Shown here: piece by piece, positions 56,698 through 64,000 of the stretch
Layout: each line of letters begins with the position of its first letter
Position numbering within the stretch: position 1 is the stretch's first letter
Assembly (NCBI GenBank): GCA_038231435.1
Contig: JBBRLJ010000001.1
Location: 1 to 64,000 of the forward strand
Length of the DNA stretch: 64,000 nucleotides
Direction of reading: 5' to 3'
Source: Planctomycetota bacterium
GTDB taxonomy: Bacteria > Planctomycetota > UBA11346
Notes under the pieces: generated by a model
Told to the model about the DNA's origin: nothing
Seen by the model: the letters and a program-made list of their open reading frames with translations, nothing else
Database searches by the model: none
Translations under genes and position numbers: made by a program

Positions 56698-58320
56698 CTA
56701 CTCCTCAAGTCCTTCGGCCCACAAGGGTTGATCGAATTCCCCCTCGAGATCGTAGGTCTTCCACTGGTCCACTCCCGGTGGCGCGATGGCGCTCAGACGG
56801 ACCCGTAGCCGTGCACCCGGAACTAGACTCGCGGCTGGCTGGAGCTGGCGTTTGAGCATGACCGGGGTCTGGAAGAGCACGGTCTCCTGGTCGAAGGTGC
56901 CCGACACGACCGTGGTGACGCGCAGCTTCAGGGTGGCCAGCGCGTTCTCGTAGGTGCCGTCGGTCTCGATCGGCCCTACCGCCGGGCTGATCAGCTCGCC
57001 CTCGATCACCAGGTCGATTCCGTGGGCGGGGGTGGGCTTCGGCTTCGCGACCCTGCCAGCCGGCAGGCTGATGATCCGCCAGGCCACCGCCTCGTCGTAG
57101 AGATCGCGCGCCGACACCTCCCACACCACCACCTTGGCGTGCTCGAGCGGCGCGGGTTCGTTGGCTAGGGCCTGCCTGACGTCGGAAGCCCCGCCGCCGT
57201 TCTTGGCGATGGCGAACACTCCCTGGCCGAGACGGCGCATGAGCTGTTGCGCGAGTCCGGCCCCCTCGCCCCAGCCAAGATCGCGGCTGCTGTAGATGTT
57301 GGTGTAGCTGTCGCCGAGGAGCAGGATGGGCGCCTCGGGATCGTTGGCGATCGCCGGCGCTCCATCGACCAGCGTCTGCGTGAGCTCCGCCGTCTCCAAC
57401 GCGAAGCGACCCGGGCGTGCCGCGATCCCCAGCATGCCGAGCAGGTCGCCGGAATTCGCGATGGACCCTGCGCGAGCCACGTACGCGCGCGTGGGCATGC
57501 CCGGCACTGGATGGGGCATGAAGTCGCGCAGTTTTTCCGCCAGGCGATCCGCTGCGATACCGAGGCCTCGCTGCGACCAGTGCGTGTCGCGCGCGAGGAA
57601 CATGCGGCCGGCCTCCTTGCCAGCCCACAGATCTGGTGTGATGTCCAACGCGTCGACACCGACGGCGGCGAGGCGGCGCATGAAGATCTCGTGGTCCAGG
57701 TTCCATGCCGGTCCCGACGCCGCCGGATATCCGGCCCACACCTCCTCCGGATAGATCACCGGCTTGACCGGCACCAGCATGAATACCAGGTGGATGCCGC
57801 GTTGGTCGAGCTGGCGGCGGAAATCGGCGATCGCCTCGACCGGATCCTGCGCGGTGCCCGCGGCGATGCGACGGCGGCGTGAGGCAGCCGACTGCGCGCC
57901 CGGTCCGCAGGCGAGGTCGATCTCCTTGCGGAAGAACAAGAAGCCATCGCGGCCGACCACGATCTTTTCGGTGCCCTGGCCGAGGAGCGAGGTGACCAGA
58001 TCCTGGTAGGGGCCGCGAACCCGTTTGGCGAGCAGCGAGTCGCGCGAGAGGTCATTCTCGAAGCGCTTGAGCGATGCGGCGGTCGGGAACTCATGGAACA
58101 GCCGTGGAATGGACCATCCGCCATCGGTGGCGAGTTCGTGCAGGGACTGATGCAGCGGCGGGATGCAGATGCACAGCATGAACGCCGCCGCCATCGCCCA
58201 GGCGATCCCGCGAGATATGTGCGCGTCAGCCATCACCTCGGTGACGGGCTTGTCGTCGCCCGGCGACGGTGGATGCCCGTGGGTGCGGTCGAGCGGGGTG
58301 GGTGGTTTGATGGCGGTCAT
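56698..58320 (-). CDS. AlgJ/AlgX-like O-acetyltransferase (SGNH) with extra C-terminal domain
   Basis: TM helix; VVGRDGFLF, VPVK..IYPE, DTHWS, GDL, LLGDSY. Confidence 0.85.
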   Translation of the reverse strand: MTAIKPPTPLDRTHGHPPSPGDDKPVTEVMADAHISRGIAWAMAAAFMLCICIPPLHQSLHELATDGGWSIPRLFHEFPTAASLKRFENDLSRDSLLAKRVRGPYQDLVTSLLGQGTEKIVVGRDGFLFFRKEIDLACGPGAQSAASRRRRIAAGTAQDPVEAIADFRRQLDQRGIHLVFMLVPVKPVIYPEEVWAGYPAASGPAWNLDHEIFMRRLAAVGVDALDITPDLWAGKEAGRMFLARDTHWSQRGLGIAADRLAEKLRDFMPHPVPGMPTRAYVARAGSIANSGDLLGMLGIAARPGRFALETAELTQTLVDGAPAIANDPEAPILLLGDSYTNIYSSRDLGWGEGAGLAQQLMRRLGQGVFAIAKNGGGASDVRQALANEPAPLEHAKVVVWEVSARDLYDEAVAWRIISLPAGRVAKPKPTPAHGIDLVIEGELISPAVGPIETDGTYENALATLKLRVTTVVSGTFDQETVLFQTPVMLKRQLQPAASLVPGARLRVRLSAIAPPGVDQWKTYDLEGEFDQPLWAEGLEE

Positions 58321-58331
58321 GCGCGTGGCTG

Positions 58332-59861
58332 TCAGAATTGGAAGTAGAGGAAGGGGTTGTAGCTCTGCGTGCTGAGCGCCACGACCGACCACAGGAACAA
58401 GGCGATGGCCGCGAACGCGCGTGGCGGCGTCACGCGCTTCGACAGATCCCAGGTCTGCACCCCGAAGAAGGCGATGCCCGCCGCGATCGCCATCCACGCC
58501 AGGTGGTCTGGCGAGAACAGCACCGAGCGGGTCAGCAGCGCGGTCGCTTGGAGCGGTCCGTTCAGCCCGAACATCCAGCCGAGGTAGTCGATCGCCGCCG
58601 GCAGATCCTTGGCGCGGAAGAACACCCAGGCGAGATTGACGATCACGAAGGTGACAGCGACCCGCGCGACGGTCGGCGCGCGCGCATAGAAGCTCTCCTT
58701 GCCCTGGGTACGCTCGAAGGCCAGCCACGCGCCGTGGATGCCGCCCCAGATCAGGAAGTTCCACGATGCCCCGTGCCAGAATCCGCCGAGCAGCATCACC
58801 GTCAGCAGGTTGGCGTAGGTGCGGCCGACGCCGAGACGGTTCCCACCGAGCGGGATGTACAGGTAGTCGCGCAGCCAGGTCGACAGCGAGATGTGCCAGC
58901 GCCGCCAAAATTCGGTGATGCTTCGGGATTTGTAGGGCGAGTCGAAGTTCTTATTGAACTCGAACCCGAGCATCAGCGCCAGGCCGATGGCCATGTCCGA
59001 GTAGCCAGAGAAGTCGAAATAGATCTGGAACGCATAGCCGAACAGCCCGTACCAGGCGTCGGCGCAGTGCAGCTGGCCGCCCATGAACGCGGCATCGGCG
59101 ATCTCGCCCATCGGGTTGGCGATGAGGATCTTCTTCCCCAGCCCGAGCGAGAAGAAGAACACGCCGCGCGAGAATTTCTCGATCGTATGCGTGCGCCGGT
59201 GCAGCTGCCGCTCCATGTCCTGGTAGCGGATGATGGGGCCCGCGACCAAATGCGGGAACTGGGTGATATAGCAGGCGAACGCGTTGAGCGCGCGTGCCTC
59301 GCGCCACAGTTTTGCGCGCATGGTCGCGGCGACACTGCCGCGGGCGCGATCGATGGCGTCGATCCACGCGCTCGCCGGCTTGGCGAGGCCGGTGTAGATG
59401 TCGAGATTGTAGCTGATCGACTCGAAGGTGTAGAACGAGATGCCCGCGGGCAGCAGAATCGACATGACCTGGAACCCGTCCCTGCCGAACACCGCAAGCA
59501 GGCGGTTCACGTTCTCCTCTGCGAACATGACGTACTTGAAGAAGAACAGCATGCCGATGTTGCTGATCAGCGAGACCGTCAGGAACAGCTTGCGCTGGAC
59601 GGTGCCCGCGCGCGGCGCGCCGTCGGGCCCAATTCCCAGCGGTCCGATCAGGCGCCAGTGGCCGTGGATGAGGTTGCCGCAGGTGAAGTCGACGATCGTC
59701 GACCACATGATCAGCAGGATGAACCAGGGGTTGGTCCAGCCGTAGAACACGTAACTCGCCGCGGTGAGCACCGGCATGCGCATGGCGCGCGGCGACGAGT
59801 AGTACGCCAGCAGCGTCAGCGGCAGGAAGTAGAAGATGAAGATGTGCGAGCTGAAGACCAT
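58332..59861 (-). CDS. MBOAT O-acyltransferase (AlgI/PatA/DltB-like)
   Basis: MVFSS.IF, LPAGISFYTF, FPHLVAGPIIRY, QIYFDFSGYSDMAIG, FWRRWHISLS, GFWHGA, FLYFQF. Confidence 0.93.
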   Translation of the reverse strand: MVFSSHIFIFYFLPLTLLAYYSSPRAMRMPVLTAASYVFYGWTNPWFILLIMWSTIVDFTCGNLIHGHWRLIGPLGIGPDGAPRAGTVQRKLFLTVSLISNIGMLFFFKYVMFAEENVNRLLAVFGRDGFQVMSILLPAGISFYTFESISYNLDIYTGLAKPASAWIDAIDRARGSVAATMRAKLWREARALNAFACYITQFPHLVAGPIIRYQDMERQLHRRTHTIEKFSRGVFFFSLGLGKKILIANPMGEIADAAFMGGQLHCADAWYGLFGYAFQIYFDFSGYSDMAIGLALMLGFEFNKNFDSPYKSRSITEFWRRWHISLSTWLRDYLYIPLGGNRLGVGRTYANLLTVMLLGGFWHGASWNFLIWGGIHGAWLAFERTQGKESFYARAPTVARVAVTFVIVNLAWVFFRAKDLPAAIDYLGWMFGLNGPLQATALLTRSVLFSPDHLAWMAIAAGIAFFGVQTWDLSKRVTPPRAFAAIALFLWSVVALSTQSYNPFLYFQF

Positions 59862-59871
59862 CAGGCTTTCG

Positions 59872-59895
59872 GTTGGGGGGCTACGGCCCCCCAAC
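59872..59895. repeat. REP-like hairpin GTTGGGGGGC-TACG-GCCCCCCAAC
   Basis: Perfect inverted repeat similar to the terminal hairpins of the dispersed repeat. Confidence 0.6.
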
Positions 59896-60090
59896 ATCGC
59901 GCTCCGCGCTGCCCCCCGAGCAGCCAGAGGTGGAGAAGCGTGGATATCGGTGATGGGCCTTGCGCGGCGTCCTCTTCAGCTTCTGCAACAGCACCTCTGT
60001 CAGCAGGACATCTGTCAGGCAGGCTCGACGTCCGCTCCACGCATGGTCCTCTCGTTCATCCGGTCTGGAAGTGCGCGACTGCGACCATGC

Positions 60091-61140
60091 TCAGGGGCGG
60101 ATGACCGGAATGCGCTGCCAGCCCTGGATGGATTCGGTGAACTCGCGGCAGGTGAAGCACCACACCACGCAGCGCTTGCCGGCCAGGTTGTCCTTGCGGC
60201 GTGCGAGGATCATGCGGCTGCCGTTGGCGCCACTGCCCTTCACGCCGACCAGGTCTGGGGCGAAACCGAGCTCGCCGGCCAGCAGATCGGGCAGGCCGGC
60301 GTGGCTGGTCAGCAGGTCGCGGCTGAAGACCAGCGTATGGCTGTCGCCCATCAGCAGCAGCGGGCTCTTGGCGTCGCTCTCCACGTCAGCGCCGTCGAGC
60401 TTCACGGTCTCGACCGCAAGCGTTTCGGTCGCCGTCTCGTCGCCGAGCAGCTGCGCGAGATCACCATGCGCCGCGATGGTGCCCGCCGTGGCCGTGACCG
60501 CCTTCTTCGGCACGCCGGCGAACCAGGGCTGGGGCGACACCAGCGCAGCGATCGCCTTCGCGGCTACCCGCACCGCGGCCGGCGACCAGTGCGAATCCGA
60601 GCGGCAGTAGGCGTCGGTCCCGGAGGCGCGCAACGCGGCCAGCTCGGGCTGGAGATCGATGGTTGTCACGCCGCGTCCGGCGAGCACCTCGCAGAACCTC
60701 CGCTGCGGTTCGTCCCAGCGCTTCGACGACGGCAGTCTCGGATCGAGCTCGTCGCCGTAGACCGCCACTTTCCCCGGCACTGGCACCACGATCAGGGTGA
60801 TCCCCTGGGTGGCCAGCTGGTCGTGAAACTCAAGGATTGCGGGCAGCGGATCCTGGTTCTTCTCGCACGATGCGGCCGCCACCGCGGCATCGCCCCAGAA
60901 TTCCCCGCGGCTGTAGCTGCGCAATTCACGCGCGAGAAAGCACCAACCGTCGCCACCGCGCACCGCCGAGGCCTTGGCGGTCTCTGCCTGGACGAAGGCG
61001 GCGGCCAGGACTCCGCGCGCTTCGTCGGGTACCGCGGCACGGGCCCATGGAGCGGATGCGCTCACAAGCACGAGCAGCGCCGCCGCCATCCGCCACGGCA
61101 CTCCAGCGGCGCGAGGACGAGGTGAGCGCGAGAGATTCAT
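60091..61140 (-). CDS. Second AlgJ/AlgX-like SGNH O-acetyltransferase
   Basis: Signal peptide; G.DGWCF, VPVPGK, DSHWS, GDL, MGDSH. Confidence 0.85.
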   Translation of the reverse strand: MNLSRSPRPRAAGVPWRMAAALLVLVSASAPWARAAVPDEARGVLAAAFVQAETAKASAVRGGDGWCFLARELRSYSRGEFWGDAAVAAASCEKNQDPLPAILEFHDQLATQGITLIVVPVPGKVAVYGDELDPRLPSSKRWDEPQRRFCEVLAGRGVTTIDLQPELAALRASGTDAYCRSDSHWSPAAVRVAAKAIAALVSPQPWFAGVPKKAVTATAGTIAAHGDLAQLLGDETATETLAVETVKLDGADVESDAKSPLLLMGDSHTLVFSRDLLTSHAGLPDLLAGELGFAPDLVGVKGSGANGSRMILARRKDNLAGKRCVVWCFTCREFTESIQGWQRIPVIRP

Positions 61141-61781
61141 TCGGAAGACCCGGGTTTCGGCACCGCGGGAGCCGTTGCGGGCGCCGTTGCGGTCGTGGAA
61201 GCCGGCTTGGCCGGCTTCTCCGCTGTCACGCCAGGCGACGTCGCCAACTCGGGCTCATAGAGCGTGACCATGTCCACGTCCCAGTCGATGCTGCACGAGC
61301 GGTCGAGCTCGTCGAACTGCGGCGTGTCCTCGCTGTCCTGGATCGCCATGGTGCGCACGTCGCCGACCTTCGCGTCCGCCAAGGCCGTCTTCTTCGACTT
61401 CAGCACGCCCCACTGCAAGACCTGCACCTCTTGGCCGACGACCAGGCGGTGACGCGCGTCATCGGGCCAACCCGCTCCAGTGGACACCACCTTGGTCACC
61501 CGGTAGCGGTTGCAGGACAGGCACTCGACGTACGGCGCGATCGAGCGCGGATCCGGTACGGTCGACAGCGCCACCGCGGTGACCTCGACGGTGATCTTCG
61601 GCATTGCCTTCGCTGCTGGCGAGACTTTCGGTGATGGCGTCGGTGACACTGCGACGGCTGGATCGCCCGCGGGGTCTCCGGTGGAACCCGCGTCAGCGGC
61701 CATCGCGGCGGCGCCACTGATCAGGAGGGCGATCACGCCGCTTGCCGCCGATGCGCGCGAGGCCTTCCAATACTCCCTCAT
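61137..61781 (-). CDS. Secreted hypothetical protein resembling the C-terminal domain of the 56698-58320 protein
   Basis: Signal peptide, Pro/Ala linkers, central beta-domain; overlaps the downstream gene. Confidence 0.7.
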   Translation of the reverse strand: MREYWKASRASAASGVIALLISGAAAMAADAGSTGDPAGDPAVAVSPTPSPKVSPAAKAMPKITVEVTAVALSTVPDPRSIAPYVECLSCNRYRVTKVVSTGAGWPDDARHRLVVGQEVQVLQWGVLKSKKTALADAKVGDVRTMAIQDSEDTPQFDELDRSCSIDWDVDMVTLYEPELATSPGVTAEKPAKPASTTATAPATAPAVPKPGSSE

Positions 61782-61815
61782 GGCCATGCCCTCCGGTACA
61801 TCATGCTATTGCCGC

Positions 61816-64000
61816 TCACGGCTTCGTCGTCGAGTAGGTCAATTCCGCCATCGGACGGCCATCGAGGCTGAGTAGATCGAAATAGAAGCCCCATCCGTAT
61901 CCGCCTTGGGTGACCTTGACCAGCACCTCGTTCCATCCAGCAACCAGATTGACGTTGGCGCGATCCTGTCCTGGCGCGGCGCCACGGTTGGCGTCGTCCG
62001 CCACCACTTCCTTGCGATTGAGCCAGATCTTCACGCCGTCGTCGGAACCCGCCGACAGGTACGAAGCGCACGCGGTGGGCGACTTGACCCACAGCGCGGC
62101 ATAGGCGCAGACGTTATCGTGCGGATCGAAGGCCTTGCCGAGATCCACCAGGCCATTGGATTCGCTGCGCACGGTCTTCCAGGCGCATGCGGCGCCAGTG
62201 ATCCCGGGATACGTCGCGATGGGATCGAGCGCGACCGCTTCCGGTCCGAAGTCCTTGGCGAAATCGCGCGCGAACGGGCCGACAGCAAGCCATTCGCGCA
62301 CCGCGTAGTCGTGGATCGTGACGGTAGCGACGTGATCGGCGAGGGCCTTGTAGGATACCTGCCAGCGTCCGCTGCCGAGCTCGATCCCTTTGAGCGTGAT
62401 CGGCACCAGCGCCGACGCACCGGGCTCGAGCGGACCGAACGGCATCGATGCCGCGACGGTGCGATGCGCACCGCCGATCTCGACCGCCTCGACCGACAGC
62501 GTCCCCTGCACGGCCTTGGCGGTGGAGTTGGTCACGTCGGCCGGCAACGCCTGCTCCCCCTTGTCCAGGTGATCGGGATCGCGCGGCTTGACCGCGACGA
62601 CCGGATCGACGGTGAACGAGGCGGCATCCGAGTTGATCACCACGCCGTCCACCTTGAGCTCGACCGCAACGCTGGCGCTGCCAGCGGAGACCACGTCCCC
62701 GGACTTCAGCTCGAAGCTGACCGTCGTGTCAGCGTGGGCGGCGAGCGCTACTGCACTTTGCGCCGGGACCACCGACCATCCGGAAGGCGCGACTACGGAC
62801 AGGCTTGCCTTCAACGACTGCGCGCCGTTGTTGCGTAGCGACACCGTCAGCGCGCGTGCGCCCTTGCCTTCACCCCCCTTGACCGCATCGGACACACGCG
62901 AGCGCATGGCCGCGACGGGTTCCGGGCCGTAGATTCCGACTTCGCGCAGCATCAGGTGGCGCGGGCCGGCCTGGCCGCCAGCCTCGAGGATGATCGGCGT
63001 GGCGCCGCCACCGCAGGTGACGTCGTGCACCAGCAGGCGCAGCTTGCTCGCCGTCACCGGAGCGAAGCGGTGCTCGAAGATCCAGCGATCCGCGAAGAAG
63101 CTGTCGACGGTGGTGCGGGTAGCCGCGCTGAAGGAGCCGAACGTCTTGGTGGGCTCGACCACGCGATCCACGCTGACCCAGGCGCCGTCGCGTTCATACT
63201 GGATCTCGTGGTCGATGATCGTGCCCTGCCACTGCCAGGGTGGCGCGGCGTACACGACCACGCGCGAGATCTGCTGCGCCTTCGGCAGATCGAATTCGAC
63301 CCAGGCGGGGAAGCTCGGCGTGTCGTCCATCCATGGCTGATCGGGAGCCTGCTGTGTGTAATACCAGTTCTCGAGCACGCCATTGGTCAGCTTGTCGATC
63401 GAATTCGGGATGCCCTTGTCGATCGGGTGCTTGCCGCTGCCCGATGAGGTAACCGCCACGCCGGGCTGGCGCGCGAGGTTCGTGCCCCAGTCCATCGACA
63501 CCGGCGTGAGATCCTGGCCCTTGGCGAGTTCGACGTACAGAGGCAGCTCTGGCACCTGCAACGTGGCGACGCCGTCCACCACGGACACTTGCGATTCGAC
63601 ACCGAACGCGGACACCACCGTGAGCGACTTAGCGCCTGTGACCGACACCGGTACGGACGCGACCCCACAGCCGGCGTTCATCAGCGCGACCACCGAGCGG
63701 TCCGCGCCGTCGAAGCGGCTGCCGACGTACAACTGCTCGCCGTCCTTGCCGAAATCCAGGCGCTTGGCGAAGGTGGTGCCGAACAGCTCCTCGGACCACA
63801 CGCGGATCAGCGGCGCCGCCGGATTCAGGCTGCGGTCGTCGTTCTCCCAGAAGCATGGACAATCCCAGAAGCCGTGGCTGATGTCGTACCAGAGGTGGTT
63901 GTGCTCCTTCGGTATGCCGTACTGCTCGAAGACCATGAGCTCGAGCATGGTCCAGCGGCCATTCAGGCGCGGCTGGTAGCTCCCGTAGATCGCCGCCATG
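61816..64000 (-). CDS. Partial (5' end outside window) giant paralog of the 52382 protein
   Basis: GIPKEHNHLWY..HGF, LDFGK.G, LTNGVLE, PSGWS, GPFARDFAKDFGPE, GSDDGVKIWLN...GWNEVLVKVTQG. Confidence 0.8.
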   Translation of the reverse strand, partial: MAAIYGSYQPRLNGRWTMLELMVFEQYGIPKEHNHLWYDISHGFWDCPCFWENDDRSLNPAAPLIRVWSEELFGTTFAKRLDFGKDGEQLYVGSRFDGADRSVVALMNAGCGVASVPVSVTGAKSLTVVSAFGVESQVSVVDGVATLQVPELPLYVELAKGQDLTPVSMDWGTNLARQPGVAVTSSGSGKHPIDKGIPNSIDKLTNGVLENWYYTQQAPDQPWMDDTPSFPAWVEFDLPKAQQISRVVVYAAPPWQWQGTIIDHEIQYERDGAWVSVDRVVEPTKTFGSFSAATRTTVDSFFADRWIFEHRFAPVTASKLRLLVHDVTCGGGATPIILEAGGQAGPRHLMLREVGIYGPEPVAAMRSRVSDAVKGGEGKGARALTVSLRNNGAQSLKASLSVVAPSGWSVVPAQSAVALAAHADTTVSFELKSGDVVSAGSASVAVELKVDGVVINSDAASFTVDPVVAVKPRDPDHLDKGEQALPADVTNSTAKAVQGTLSVEAVEIGGAHRTVAASMPFGPLEPGASALVPITLKGIELGSGRWQVSYKALADHVATVTIHDYAVREWLAVGPFARDFAKDFGPEAVALDPIATYPGITGAACAWKTVRSESNGLVDLGKAFDPHDNVCAYAALWVKSPTACASYLSAGSDDGVKIWLNRKEVVADDANRGAAPGQDRANVNLVAGWNEVLVKVTQGGYGWGFYFDLLSLDGRPMAELTYSTTKP

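Noticed and set aside
59896..60090. Possible hammerhead ribozyme (CTGAAGA on the minus strand, several stems)
   Set aside because: There is no correctly placed GAAA or stem III.
56698..61140. Alginate biosynthesis operon
   Set aside because: Only acetylation-type genes are present, with no synthase, epimerase or export genes in the window.
6646..64000. Intact integrative element or prophage
   Set aside because: No integrase, transposase, att repeat or phage genes were found.

Overview
This is a GC-rich bacterial window, probably from the Planctomycetota/PVC group (inferred from protein styles, not proven). Positions 1-6.65 kb form a housekeeping block: a DUF2383-like protein, frr, pyrH, an orphan rpsI, a secreted hypothetical protein, a degenerate FGGY kinase coupled to an FtsB/DivIC-like gene, and tRNA-Pro(CGG). 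A glycan-utilisation-like region of more than 57 kb starts right after the tRNA with a 5'-truncated gene. It contains GH42, GH92, two GH78, GH65-like and several unassigned clan-A-like hydrolases (including three giant paralogs), a sialate O-acetylesterase, DUF6807, a PhyH dioxygenase, a DUF6785-like membrane protein, a GntR/LacI hybrid regulator, a membrane Ser/Thr kinase and an AlgI/AlgJ-like O-acetylation module. In its middle sits a divergent cassette of eight prepilin/pseudopilin genes with no ATPase, platform protein or secretin. The three strongest observations are: (1) a 17-bp AT-rich motif (CTATATATNAGYGAATC) shared by the regulator promoter, the pilin divergon and a giant hydrolase promoter; (2) a dispersed ~140-bp multi-stem repeat present in four copies with clear compensatory covariation and GNA mini-hairpin loops; (3) a probable FGGY pseudokinase coupled to an FtsB-like gene. 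All family calls come from motifs recognised by eye; no database searches were run.
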